IMG/VR virus record: IMGVR_UViG_2706796350_000001
Coordinates: 1-64,000 of that record
Strand: one strand, 5' to 3'
Source: a virus
Lineage: Duplodnaviria; Caudoviricetes
Length of the DNA: 64,000 bases
Numbering within the stretch: position 1 is the first letter of the stretch; each line of letters starts with the position of its first letter. The position numbers were made by a program, and so were the translations under genes. This document shows, one piece after another, positions 17,179 through 27,800 of this stretch. The notes under the pieces were generated by a model. It saw nothing but the letters and a program-made list of their open reading frames with translations. It had not been told where the DNA came from and did not search any database.

Positions 17179-18546
17179 ATGACCAGCACCCTTTCCGCCG
17201 ATCGGATCAAGGAACTGAGCACCGCGCTCGAAGCCAAGCAGGAGTTCATCAAGGACGGCCTCGCAAACGGCGTCAAGATCGACGGCAACAACGTCGAGAT
17301 CAAGTCGGACGACTACGCCGCGCTTCAGAGCGCAATGGGCGAGGTCAAGCAGATCGAGTCGCTGATCGCGATGGAGCGTCTGCCCGAGCACGTCAAGTCC
17401 GTCATCGATCCTTCGCATGCCGGTGAGTACCAGTCGGCTGCTGTCGCCGCCGCCGCTCAGGCATTCGGTGCCGACGCCGCGAACCAGATGAAGTCCAGCG
17501 GCACCCTCGGCGAGATGTTCATCAAGTCCGACGACTTCCAGGAGTTCAAGAAGTCGGGCAGCTCGACCATGCGTCAGGCATGGGAGATGGAAGCCAAGGA
17601 CATGGCTTCGATGGGCATGGAGCAGAAGGACATCTACAGCGGTCTGCTGACCGGCTCGGTGAATCCCCGTGGCTTCGGCTCCGTCCAGTTCGATCCGGCT
17701 GTCCCCCGTGGTCAGCGCACCGCCCGAGTCCGCAACCTGTTCCCGGTTGCGGCCACCTCGGCGAACCTGATCGACTACTTCCGCGTTCTGGGATTCGCGG
17801 AAAACGGCGGCAACGGCAACGCTCGCACCGTCCGTGATCGCGCCGCCGCCGATGGCATCGCCGCTCCTGCCGGTACCGCGACCGACACGTTCGGTCTGAA
17901 GCCGAAGTCGAACCTTCGCTTCGAGTCGGCACAGGCACCGGTCCGCACCATCGCCCACTGGGAGGCTGCACACCGGAACGTCATCAGCGACGAGCCGCAG
18001 CTTCAGTCGACGATCAACAACGAGCTGCTGTACGGCCTGGCCCTGGCAGAGGATGATCAGATCCTCAACGGCGACGGCCAGACCGAGAACCTGCTCGGCA
18101 TTCTGAACACCCCCGGCATCCAGACCTACACTCAGGTCGCTGCCGACCAGAAGTCCGACGCCCTGCGTCGTTCGGCCACCCTCTCGGTGATCGCGAACTA
18201 CCCCGGTACCGGCTTCGTCCTCCATCCGCACGACTGGGAGGACATCGAGCTTCAGAAGGCCAACGGTGACGGCCAGTACATGCTCGTGACCAACGTCGCG
18301 GTCGGTGCCACCACCTCGGTGTGGCGTCAGCCCGTCGTCGAGACCCCGGCTATCGCAGAGGGTTCGTGGCTGACCGGTGCCTTCGGCATCGGCGCACAGC
18401 TCTACGATCGTCAGGTCGCTTCGATCCGCATCGCGGAGCAGCACGCCGATTTCTTCGTGCGCAACGCCATCGCGATCCTGGCGGAAGAGCGTCTGGCCCT
18501 CGCGGTCAAGCGCCCGGAGTCGTTCGTCAAGGGCACCTTCGTCTAA
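17179..18546 (+). CDS. major capsid protein (HK97 fold) with N-terminal delta domain
   Basis: Coiled-coil N-terminus; RVRNLFPV, VRTIAHW, EDDQILNGDG, GILNTPG, FVRNAIAILAEERLALAVKRPESFV. Confidence 0.95.
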   Translation: MTSTLSADRIKELSTALEAKQEFIKDGLANGVKIDGNNVEIKSDDYAALQSAMGEVKQIESLIAMERLPEHVKSVIDPSHAGEYQSAAVAAAAQAFGADAANQMKSSGTLGEMFIKSDDFQEFKKSGSSTMRQAWEMEAKDMASMGMEQKDIYSGLLTGSVNPRGFGSVQFDPAVPRGQRTARVRNLFPVAATSANLIDYFRVLGFAENGGNGNARTVRDRAAADGIAAPAGTATDTFGLKPKSNLRFESAQAPVRTIAHWEAAHRNVISDEPQLQSTINNELLYGLALAEDDQILNGDGQTENLLGILNTPGIQTYTQVAADQKSDALRRSATLSVIANYPGTGFVLHPHDWEDIELQKANGDGQYMLVTNVAVGATTSVWRQPVVETPAIAEGSWLTGAFGIGAQLYDRQVASIRIAEQHADFFVRNAIAILAEERLALAVKRPESFVKGTFV

Positions 18547-18596
18547 TCACGAGGGCGTGTGACGATTTACTGATCTAACGAAAGGGGCTGGGCATC

Positions 18597-18785
18597 ATGG
18601 GTACTTTTGACTCGATGTCTGGCCCCTTTCGTTTGATCGGGGAAGAGTGGGTCGAACACGGTTACCGAACTTCCCCAACGACGCTCGTTCCCGACGAGTG
18701 CCCTATCTGCGGTTCGCCGAACAACACGTGCACCGCACTCACACATGCGATCGGCATGGAGATGCAGCGACAGGAGGACGACTGA
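18597..18785 (+). CDS. small Cys-containing protein
   Basis: GAAAGGGG RBS; CPICG...C..H motif. Confidence 0.6.
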   Translation: MGTFDSMSGPFRLIGEEWVEHGYRTSPTTLVPDECPICGSPNNTCTALTHAIGMEMQRQEDD

Positions 18786-19093
18786 TGGCTGGTTTCACCG
18801 CGCCCCCTGGCGGCGAGTATGAACCGACGATTCACGGCTACGTCCCCGGCAGCACCAGTGCCTCGAACGACTACGACACCCCTATCGGCTCGCAAGCGAA
18901 CTACGATCCCGTGGAAGACGCGATCACGCCTGCTGAGCCGAACCGTACGGTCTTCGTCAACGACTATGACCCGCTTTATGCGTTTGGCAATTCCCCACTC
19001 GATCCCGATGAGCGCAACGATGTGCAGCTCGAAGACTCGGGGATCGACCAGAATGAAGACTTCGTTGTTGTTCCGGTAGAGACGGATGGCTGA
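18785..19093 (+). CDS. hypothetical acidic protein
   Basis: GGAGG RBS; ATG overlapping the previous stop. Confidence 0.65.
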   Translation: MAGFTAPPGGEYEPTIHGYVPGSTSASNDYDTPIGSQANYDPVEDAITPAEPNRTVFVNDYDPLYAFGNSPLDPDERNDVQLEDSGIDQNEDFVVVPVETDG

Positions 19094-19124
19094 CGCCGAT
19101 GTCCCACCAGAACGCTACGAAGGA

Positions 19125-19152
19125 GCGACCGTCTACGGGCGGTCGTGTTTTT
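19125..19152 (+). terminator. intrinsic terminator ending the capsid operon
   Basis: CGACCGTC-TACG-GGCGGTCG stem with a cUACGg tetraloop, followed by TGTTTTT. Confidence 0.85.
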
Positions 19153-19371
19153 CCTAATAAAGCAAAGCGGCAACCGATTGCCACACTCCGTCTTGTGCGT
19201 GCTGACGTATCGTCGGATGGCTCATCGAAGTCGTTTGCAAAGCGTGACCAGAGCGCCAGTGAGTTCGTTCTACCGGGCGGTTGCCGTGCCGGTTCGATGA
19301 CATGATGGTGCGCGTACAGAACTCACAACTGAATACGGACATCTGCAAACACACTGGAAAGTGAGATCGAA

Positions 19372-19947
19372 ATGGCTACACAGCGACGTACCCGCCCCCG
19401 TCCGGCGAAGAAGACCACTCCCCCGGCACAGCGCGTAGACGCGCCTGTGGAGGTCGATGAGGTCGAACCCGCCACCAACACCCAGGAACCCGCCGACATC
19501 GACGCAGCGGACGAGCTGGGCGGTGTTTTGGACGCCGACAGCACTGTTCCCGACGCCGGTCCCCCGACCGATGACGACGAGAGTGGTGAAGACGACGCAG
19601 ACGATGTGTCGGATGAGGTCGACGACGAGGATCACGAAGACGCCATCTACAACTCGGAGTTCCGCACGTTCTGGAACGAGTACGTAGAGACCAACGGCAT
19701 CAACCTGCCCGAGGGCCACGTTCTGTTCCCCGACGAACCGCTGACGTTCAAGGGCAACACCCTTCGCGGTTCCGTCGTCGAGGTGAGCGAGGACATCTAC
19801 CGCATGGTGATCCCATTCCGCTCGAAGCGCCCGACGTTCGTTCTCGTGGCTCGTGCCGGAACCATCGTGCCCAAGGCCAAGTTCGTCACCGCCGAGGACT
19901 ACCGCACTGCAACGCAGGGTGCCCTCGACGTTCTGCTCGGAGAGTGA
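19372..19947 (+). CDS. hypothetical protein with acidic low-complexity linker
   Basis: GAAAGTGAG RBS; basic N-terminus, D/E-rich middle, globular C-terminus. Confidence 0.75.
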   Translation: MATQRRTRPRPAKKTTPPAQRVDAPVEVDEVEPATNTQEPADIDAADELGGVLDADSTVPDAGPPTDDDESGEDDADDVSDEVDDEDHEDAIYNSEFRTFWNEYVETNGINLPEGHVLFPDEPLTFKGNTLRGSVVEVSEDIYRMVIPFRSKRPTFVLVARAGTIVPKAKFVTAEDYRTATQGALDVLLGE

Positions 19948-19950
19948 CCG

Positions 19951-20526
19951 ATGGGTGTCGTCACAGTTCCCGAGTTGAAGAACTACCTATCTGGCCTGAA
20001 CATCACCGACATTCAGGAGCAGAGTCTTGAAACGATCATCGGTGGTGTCCAGTCGGAACTCGAACGACACCTCAACCGACCGGTCCAGCGTCAGCGCGTC
20101 ATGGAAGAGGCCGATGCCGATCACGCAGGAAACGTCTACCTTGGCGTGACTCCCATCGTGGAGGTCTACGGCATCTATCCGGTGGGCATGGACGGGGGGC
20201 CAGACCTCGTTCATCCTATCGGTAATTCGGCAAATCCTATGGGCAGCATCTTCCGGCGCAACTCGAACTACCTGAAGCTCGGAGGCGTTGTCGGCGGTGC
20301 GGTGTACGTCGACTACCTCGGCGGCATCAACGGCGATCAAAACCCCGGCCTGAAGCTCGCGATCATGCGTGTGGCGGCACGGGAGTACATGCACAACCAC
20401 GGGGACTCGATGTCGTTGTCGAACACCGAATCGCGCCCCGAGTCTGATCCGACGCCGACGCCTAAAGGCTGGACCGCAGATGAGTTGCGGCAGTTCGACC
20501 GTCTCCGTAGGCGGACGGTGCTGTGA
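19951..20526 (+). CDS. head-to-tail adaptor
   Basis: Position after the capsid genes; ELKNYL...ELERHLNRPV and YLGG...LKLAIMRVAARE patterns. Confidence 0.7.
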   Translation: MGVVTVPELKNYLSGLNITDIQEQSLETIIGGVQSELERHLNRPVQRQRVMEEADADHAGNVYLGVTPIVEVYGIYPVGMDGGPDLVHPIGNSANPMGSIFRRNSNYLKLGGVVGGAVYVDYLGGINGDQNPGLKLAIMRVAAREYMHNHGDSMSLSNTESRPESDPTPTPKGWTADELRQFDRLRRRTVL

Positions 20527-20996
20527 GCGTCGACATCGTTGTCTCTGGTGGCACGGGGCGGGCACGAGACAGGCTCAGGACGATCAAGACCCGAGCCGCC
20601 TATCCAGACGCCGCATGGAGGGCCGTGGGCCGTTATCTGGCCCGCGAGGTGGACAAGCAGTTCATCACCCGTGGTGCGAACTTCGGGACGCCCTGGAAGC
20701 CTCTGGCGTCCAGCACGATCATGCAGAAGCGCATGGCCGGTTTCCCCGCTCAGCCATTGGTTCGTACCGGCGGCATGAAGCGAGGGTTTCTCTATCCGGC
20801 AATCGTTAAGAACGCCAGAGGTTCGACGGCATCGTTCGGTAGTGGAGACATCATCGCGACATATCAGCACATGGGTACGAGCTTGAACGGCAAGCCGCAC
20901 ATTCCCGCACGCAAGATTATGAAGGTGACTCCGAAGATGCGTAAAGATGTTCGACGCATTCTCGCTCGCTACCTGATCGATGGAGCAACGACATGA
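20523..20996 (+). CDS. virion morphogenesis / tail completion protein (Mu gpG-like)
   Basis: WKPLASST, PLVRTGGM, YQHMGT...IPARK motifs. Confidence 0.75.
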   Translation: MSVDIVVSGGTGRARDRLRTIKTRAAYPDAAWRAVGRYLAREVDKQFITRGANFGTPWKPLASSTIMQKRMAGFPAQPLVRTGGMKRGFLYPAIVKNARGSTASFGSGDIIATYQHMGTSLNGKPHIPARKIMKVTPKMRKDVRRILARYLIDGATT

Positions 20997-21688
20997 CCAC
21001 ACCGACGCCTCCGCCGGACATGAACCTGGCAGACCCCAACCGGACGTTGCGGGGTGCGAGTGCAGTTCGATACGGAATTGCCAAGTACCTGAAGGACTCG
21101 TACACCGAGACCCGCAACCGCTGTCTCAACGGATGGAAGATGCAGGGTTCCGAACTCCCGCCTATCGCGATCTTCAGTCCGTTCGACAACATTCAGATCA
21201 CCAACAACGATAAGCCGATGCTCGGTGTCGATCCCGTTACGTCCGGTCAGTACAAGACCTCGGACCGCAACGTGTACGGCAGCAACGAGTACCGGCCCAC
21301 GTACAGCATGCGTGTGACAATCTGGCTCTTCAGCCCGGACGACGAGTCGGGGAATCCACTCGATGCAGCACGCACACAGGTGATCCGGCAGCGTGACGAT
21401 CAGCTCGCCGTCCTGAAGACCGCCATCCTTGCGCGACCTTCTCTGGCTACCGAAACGCTTTACGTTCCTGCGGAAACCATTCAGGAAACGTACCTCGCAC
21501 CGACAGCGGCCCCGAACAACTCGAAGCGTTGGTTGATCGCAGGCCAACTATCATTCGATGTGCAGGCCGACGAGTGGGTCACATTCGATGCCGTTGGTCG
21601 AGTAGTCGGATCGAAGATCGGTGTGGATACGGAGGTGTTACTCAATCACGATCGGCCCCCGTTCAATAACGTCAACTTGCTCCCGTGA
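20993..21688 (+). CDS. tail terminator-like protein
   Basis: Synteny just before the sheath gene; size. Confidence 0.5.
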   Translation: MTTPTPPPDMNLADPNRTLRGASAVRYGIAKYLKDSYTETRNRCLNGWKMQGSELPPIAIFSPFDNIQITNNDKPMLGVDPVTSGQYKTSDRNVYGSNEYRPTYSMRVTIWLFSPDDESGNPLDAARTQVIRQRDDQLAVLKTAILARPSLATETLYVPAETIQETYLAPTAAPNNSKRWLIAGQLSFDVQADEWVTFDAVGRVVGSKIGVDTEVLLNHDRPPFNNVNLLP

Positions 21689-21702
21689 AGGAGGGACAAC
21701 AA

Positions 21703-22032
21703 ATGAAGCTCGTATTCAATCCGAGCCAGACGGATTCGGTTGTCTACAGTGACGACGGCTTGATGGTCGCTCCCGGTGAGTGGGCCTATCTCGACGACGA
21801 CACCTACCGCCGTATCGACAACTTGCTCAACACTCGAAAGCTGGTGGAGGTGGAAGTTCCGGCAACCATGCCGAGCAACATCGCTCCCGGTGCAGCCGCA
21901 GCCATGAAGCGTGCGATCGAGGATCGACAGGCTCCGAACGTTGCGGAATCGACCGACGAGGACGACACCCCGTCGCCGGTACGCAATACTGGTCGCAGCC
22001 GCAACACCACCACCAAGAAGAAGGAGGCATAG
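21703..22032 (+). CDS. hypothetical protein
   Basis: GAAGGAGG RBS; ATG at 21703. Confidence 0.7.
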   Translation: MKLVFNPSQTDSVVYSDDGLMVAPGEWAYLDDDTYRRIDNLLNTRKLVEVEVPATMPSNIAPGAAAAMKRAIEDRQAPNVAESTDEDDTPSPVRNTGRSRNTTTKKKEA

Positions 22033-22035
22033 CAA

Positions 22036-23484
22036 ATGCCCGGTGTGAACGTAACTACCTCCGTCAAGAACGGGCCGTCGACCCCACTGCGCTCGGCGTC
22101 CGGCCAGGCGTTCTTCAGCGGTCTGGCAGAGCGGGGTCCGAGTGACGCCGCGATCCTGATCCGTGGTCTGGCCGACTACGAGTCGGTCTTCGGCAAGCGC
22201 CCCGCCTACGGGTATCTCTACGACACTGTGAAGACGTTCTTCGATGAGGGCGGCGAGCAGGCGTACGTGACCCGAGTCGTCGGCCCTGACGCCACCAAGG
22301 GCACCATCGTGCTCGTGGACCGCGCCACCCCGACCCCAGCCAATACTCTGACGTTCGATGCAGCGTCGGCGGGTGCATGGTCGGGCGACCTGAAGATCGC
22401 AGTGGAGGACGGATCGATTGCCGATTCGGTGAAGGTCACGGTTCTCCTTCGCGGCGAGCCGGTCGAGGTTCAGAACAACCTCCGCACTCCCGCACAGATC
22501 GCACAGCGTTTCTCGACTTCCGTGTTCGTCGATGTCACCAACATGGGCAGCACGTCGGTCGGCGTTCTCGCCCTTCCGGCGGTCGGTGTTTACACAGTGA
22601 CGGCGGGAGACGACAAGCGCAGCGTCGTCCAGTCGGAGAACTACATCGCTTCGTTGGAGAACTTCACTGAAGGTCTCGGTGACGGTGCGGTTGCGATCCC
22701 CGGCGTCGGTCCGTCCGTTCACGACGGTCTCGTGGCGCACGCCAAGAAGAACCGCCGTATCGCCCTCCTGTCGCACAACGACGGCGCAACGAAGACCGAG
22801 CTTGCTCAGACGGTCACCGCCGTGGACGACGACTCTGCGGGCCTGTTCGCTCCGTGGATTCAGGTCAACGACGGTGCAGGCGGCATCCGCAACTCGCCGC
22901 CCGAGGGATTCGTCGCAGCGTGTCGCGCTCGTGCACACGACACCGTGGGCGCATGGCGAGCACCGGCAGGTGGCATTGCCATCGCACGTAACGTCCTCGG
23001 CGTTGCAACGGAATACACCAAGCAGGAAACGGAGTCCCTGGACGCCGCCCGTGTGTCGGTGATCCGCCGTGTGTCGCAGAGCCTCCGCCTGTACGGTTGG
23101 CGGTCGCTGTCGTCGGACGAGCAGAACTACGGCTTCCTGTCGGCCCGTGACGTTCTGAACCGTCTGGTCGTGGAGTCGGAGAAGCGGCTCGAAGATTACG
23201 TCTTCGCTCCCATCGACTCGAAGAACCAGCTCCTGTCCGCGATCAACGCCGAACTGGTGGGCATCGTGGAGCCGATGCGTCAGGCCGGTGGTCTGTACGA
23301 GCAGATCGACGCCAACGGTCAGCAGATCGACCCCGGCTACATGATCGAGACCGGCAACACCGTGAACAGCGCACAGTCCCTCGCGAACAACGAGGTCCGT
23401 GCCCGTCTCTCGGTCCGACTGTCCCCGACCGGCGCACTCGTGTCGCTCGACATCGTGAAGGTCTCCTTGCTCTCCGGTCTCTGA
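22036..23484 (+). CDS. tail sheath protein
   Basis: MPGVNV, FFSGLAERGP, PPEGFVAACRAR, LYGWRSL, RDVLNRL, EDYVFAPID sheath motifs. Confidence 0.93.
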   Translation: MPGVNVTTSVKNGPSTPLRSASGQAFFSGLAERGPSDAAILIRGLADYESVFGKRPAYGYLYDTVKTFFDEGGEQAYVTRVVGPDATKGTIVLVDRATPTPANTLTFDAASAGAWSGDLKIAVEDGSIADSVKVTVLLRGEPVEVQNNLRTPAQIAQRFSTSVFVDVTNMGSTSVGVLALPAVGVYTVTAGDDKRSVVQSENYIASLENFTEGLGDGAVAIPGVGPSVHDGLVAHAKKNRRIALLSHNDGATKTELAQTVTAVDDDSAGLFAPWIQVNDGAGGIRNSPPEGFVAACRARAHDTVGAWRAPAGGIAIARNVLGVATEYTKQETESLDAARVSVIRRVSQSLRLYGWRSLSSDEQNYGFLSARDVLNRLVVESEKRLEDYVFAPIDSKNQLLSAINAELVGIVEPMRQAGGLYEQIDANGQQIDPGYMIETGNTVNSAQSLANNEVRARLSVRLSPTGALVSLDIVKVSLLSGL

Positions 23485-23526
23485 TCGGTTGCAGGAACTT
23501 CCAAACTCAAGTAAGGAGATACCAAA

Positions 23527-23934
23527 ATGGCAAAGAGCGCACAGCGGCAATTCCTCATCAAGGTTGCCGGAATCGATGGGTACTTCGCAGCCAAGTCGGG
23601 CGGCGACATCTCGTCGGACACGAACAAGGTCTACGACGGCGGCAGCGACACTCCCGACGTGCTCGCAGGACCGGCAGAGGCGGACAACATCACCGTCTCC
23701 CGCTCGTACGACTACCAGCGCGACGGGGCGGTTCTGAAGCGCCTCCGTAAGCAGGTGGGTCGTTGGTCGACCACCGTGTCGATCACCGCCACTGACCGCG
23801 ACCTCGTGGCTATCGCGGAGCCGCAGGTCTACCCCGATGCTCTTCTCGTCGGCCTGACCGAACCGGAGACCGACGCGTCGTCCGGTGACGCAGCCGAATA
23901 CGAGTTGGAGTTCGCGATCGGATCGTTCGTCTAG
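23527..23934 (+). CDS. tail tube protein
   Basis: Directly after the sheath; FAAKSGG, DNITVSRSY and LVGLTEPETDASS pattern. Confidence 0.85.
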   Translation: MAKSAQRQFLIKVAGIDGYFAAKSGGDISSDTNKVYDGGSDTPDVLAGPAEADNITVSRSYDYQRDGAVLKRLRKQVGRWSTTVSITATDRDLVAIAEPQVYPDALLVGLTEPETDASSGDAAEYELEFAIGSFV

Positions 23935-23949
23935 GCGATCCCCATGATT

Positions 23950-23990
23950 GTGACGGAGGGCGTTTCGCAGATGGGCGTCCTCCGTCACTC
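23950..23990 (+). terminator. hairpin after the tube gene (terminator or attenuator)
   Basis: GTGACGGAGGGCG / CGTCCTCCGTCAC 13-bp stem followed by TCTT. Confidence 0.6.
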
Positions 23991-24034
23991 TTACATCTGC
24001 ACTACATCTGCAAATGTTTTAGGAGACAACCAAA

Positions 24035-24604
24035 ATGGCTGACGCCAACTACACCCCACAGATCAACACCGGCGGCGGAGTGGACGACACGTTCACCGAA
24101 CCGACCAGCAACGTCGTACTCGGTTCCGGCCTCGACATCCTTCAGGAAGCTCTGAAAGAGAATGTCCGGCTGGACACGTACAGCTACTCGGTTCCGGCAC
24201 GCAAGACCCTTCGCCTGATCCTCGATCCCAACATCGACGGTGAACAGTTCCAGCGTTGGCAGCGCAGCTCGATCATCGGCAAGGCACGCGGCAACGATTC
24301 GCAGGTCGATTCGGTCAAGCTCGCAGCCGTCGTCATCGCGAACTGCACGGCGGGTGTGGAGGTTCGGCATCCCAGTGGTGAGTACACCGAAGTCCGCGAC
24401 TCCAACGGTGGTGCTCTGGACTTCCGCAACCCCGAGTTCCGAAAGATGCTCGTGGGCGATGACCCCGTGTCGTCGGCATCGCAGCTCGTCCGCAAGTTGT
24501 TCGGCAACGACGGGCACATGCTCGAATGCTCCCGTGACCTGATGACACAGGCCGGTTACGGGGATGAGGACGAAGAAGGCGGTTACGGCGACCCTTTGGA
24601 GTGA
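24035..24604 (+). CDS. tail assembly chaperone
   Basis: Between tube and tape measure genes; AGGAG RBS. Confidence 0.85.
   Translation: MADANYTPQINTGGGVDDTFTEPTSNVVLGSGLDILQEALKENVRLDTYSYSVPARKTLRLILDPNIDGEQFQRWQRSSIIGKARGNDSQVDSVKLAAVVIANCTAGVEVRHPSGEYTEVRDSNGGALDFRNPEFRKMLVGDDPVSSASQLVRKLFGNDGHMLECSRDLMTQAGYGDEDEEGGYGDPLE
24592..24598 (+). other. -1 programmed ribosomal frameshift slippery site C-CCT-TTG
   Basis: X XXY YYZ heptamer in the correct frame, ending one codon before the stop; -1 frame open from 24568 to 24801. Confidence 0.8.
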
Positions 24605-24801
24605 CGTTCCTGAAGGGCCAGTCGACGTTGCGGCTTGGTGCACAGATCGCGTCGGAGTTTCGCTTGGACCCGATCACGGTGCTCAACTCCACATCGCTCG
24701 AATGGCAAGTCAGGCTCGCTGCCTTTGAGTACATCCGCGAAGAGAAGAAGAAAGAAGCGGACAAGATGAAGGCAGAGTCCAAACGAGGTAGACGGAAGTA
24801 A
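24601..24801 (+). CDS. tail assembly chaperone frameshift extension (gpT-like)
   Basis: -1 frame relative to 24035..24604; precedes the tape measure gene. Confidence 0.75.
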   Translation: MTFLKGQSTLRLGAQIASEFRLDPITVLNSTSLEWQVRLAAFEYIREEKKKEADKMKAESKRGRRK

Positions 24802-24841
24802 TTGGGGCTGACTCGGACAGCTCGACACGAGAGGAAACACA

Positions 24842-27800
24842 ATGCCAGGATCAGATGACGAAACAATCATCGTTAGGGCGATCCTCCGTGACGAGTTGTC
24901 CGATCAGGCCAACCGTGTAGACGAGAGTCTTACCAATTTGCGTAGCAGCATGGATGAGACCGCGAGTTCCACGGACAACTTGACGGATGCTGAACGTCGC
25001 AATCAGCAACAGTCCGAGCGCACTGCACGACAGATCGCATCGGAGAACCGCGCCCGTGATGAGCGCGGTCGATTCATCCGTACGGAAACGACGGAAGTCA
25101 ACAACAACAGCTCGTCGTTGCGACGCAACACCCGTGAGCGTTCCGCCTCGAACAAGATCGCGGCCAAATCCACGAAGTCGTTCGGCAAGCTCTTGGGACT
25201 TTTTGGGCAGTTCGCAAAGGTCGGGACGATGCTCGATGCAGTCGTCACGGCAGCCCCCGGCGTCATGGCCCTCGGTGCAGCAGGTGTTGCGGCTGGTGCC
25301 GGTCTTTCGCAGCTCTCCGGCGCAGCACTGCCGTTGCCCGCCCTCATGCTTGGTGTTGGTCAAGCAATGGGAGTGATGAAGATGGCGACGGCGGGCATGG
25401 GCGATGCAGTCAAGGCGCTCTCTAGTGGCGAGTTTGATAAGTTTGCCGAAGCCACAAAGGATATGAGCCCAGCAGCTATCGCCACTGCTAAGTCTCTCGG
25501 TGAGATGGGTCAGCAGTTCTCTGAGATGAAGAAGGAAATCCAGGGAAAGGTATTTGAAGGACTCAGCGCCAGGTTTGACACATTGGGCAAAAACATCATG
25601 CCCGCAGTCAAAGCCTCGTTCATGGGTACCGCCGAAGGTATCAACACAGGCGTCAAGGCTCTTCTGGACTTCACCAATTCGGCACAGGGACTCCGACAGG
25701 TCAAGACGATCCTCGCCGGTACGTCCACCATCTCGAAGGACTTCGCAATCGGAATGGGTGATGCGGGTCGAGCAGCGATCGGCATGCTCTCTGCCACCAT
25801 GCCGGTAGCCAAACAGATGTCTGAACAGCTCCGTGCTGGCATGAACGGCCTCGCCAACTCCATTCAGGCCAACCAGGGCAAGATCACCGCATTCGCGCAA
25901 CGAGGCTATGACTTGTTCCGTCGAATCGTCGGTGTGCTTGTTGACCTCGGCAAGGGCATTTTCAATATCGGCAAACAGTCGCTGGGTCTCGCCGGGTTCA
26001 TGGGCAAGGGTATCGAGGACATGGCTCGTAAGTTTGAGCAGTGGACTAGCTCTGTCGAAGGCCAGAACAAGATCGGCCAGGTGTTTGCGCAAGCTAAGCC
26101 TGTACTCGAAGCGGTTGGTCGCCTGATCGGTGTCGTTGCTACCGAGTTTGGAAAGTTGGCAACTAACGCAGGCAACAACCAGAATCTCGTCAACCTGATC
26201 GACAAGTTGGCGGAGATGGTTCCGATCATGGCCGACATCGCGCAACAGGCGGGTGGCAACTTCCTGCCGAGTCTTATGAAGATTGCGGATGCGGTTCTCC
26301 GCATTGTCGAGGGCATGGACACGATGGGTCCGATGGCGATCCTGATGTCTGCCGTCGCAGAGCCGACCGCGATCCTAGCCGACGCGTTCACTGCGCTCCC
26401 CGGACCGATCCAACAGACGATCGGTTATCTCGTCATGTTCGGCCTTGCCGTGAAGACCGCAGCAGCGTCGGCACTCGGGCAGTACATCCTTCAGACTCAG
26501 TTCGCTACGGCATGGACCAACTACTTCAAGCTGGCTCTGTCTAGCGCCATGACTCGCATGAAGGCGTTTGCAGCGGCGAAGATGGCTACCGCACTCACCG
26601 CGATCAAGACCGGATTCATGGCAGCGGCAACGGCAGTGCGTGCATTTAGCATGTCTCTGCTTTCGTTCCTGTTCACGAACCCTATTGGCTGGATCATCCT
26701 CGCTGTGATCGCACTCGTCGCGGTCTTCGTGATCCTGTGGAAGAAATGCGAGGGCTTCCGCAACGTCGTCAAGGCAATCGGACAATGGTTTGTCGATGTC
26801 TGGAACAACACACTCTTTCCCATCATCATGAAGGTGTGGGAGTGGATGAAGATGGCATGGGACAAGGTGTATGCCGTCGTGAGCACCGTGGTCATGGCGA
26901 TCGTGAACTGGTTCCGCTCGAACTGGGACACCATCAAGGCGATCGCGATGGGAGTCTTCAACGCACTAAAGCTGTACGTGACGATCATGTTCAACATCTA
27001 CAAGGCGATCTTCCTCGCCATCGTTGCGGTTGTGAAGTTCGTTTTCAATCTCATCAAAACGATTGTCACCACCGCGTTCAATGTGATCAAGGCCGTCGTA
27101 CTCTTCTTCGCCCCAGTCTTCATCGGAGCGTTCAAGCTGTTCGTGTCTGTCGTGCGCCTCGTGTTCACGGTCATCAAGGCGATCATCACGGTGGCATTCG
27201 CGGTCATCAAGCTCATCGTACTGGTTGTCATTTACGCAATCATCCAAGCGTGGAAGGGACTCGTTGCCGTCTGGCGATTCATTTGGAGCATCGTGATGGC
27301 AGTTGTTCGACCTATCTGGGCAGCGATCAAGATAGGCTGGACGTTCCTCTGGAACACCATCAAGACTGTCTTTATGGCGGTGTGGAACGCGATCCTCGCA
27401 GTCATCCGGTTCCTCGCCCCGATCGTCCAGGGTGTGATGAACTTTGTCTCGATGATCTTCACTACCGCGTGGAACATCATCAAGATGGTTGCCTCGGTAG
27501 TCTTCAACGCCATCGCCGCAGTCATCCGCACCATCATTGGAGTGGTTATGACAGTTGGCGGCGCGATCCGCAGTGGGTTCTCGTCTGCATGGAACTTTGT
27601 TTCAGGGATTGTGAGTTCCGTAGTTGGAACAATCCGAGGGATCATCGATACGATCTCTGGCGTCGTTACCCGTGTTGCTGGTTCTGTTCGTAGTGGTTTC
27701 GAGGGTGCGTTTAACGCGGTCAAGAACGTGGTCGGTGGGGTCATCGACACCATCAAGGGATGGATCGACAGCATCACCAGCAAGATCAACTCGATGAAGG

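Noticed and set aside
19099-19305. 68-aa ORF between the capsid and neck operons
   Set aside because: It runs through a strong intrinsic terminator and has no RBS; the region is better read as regulatory.
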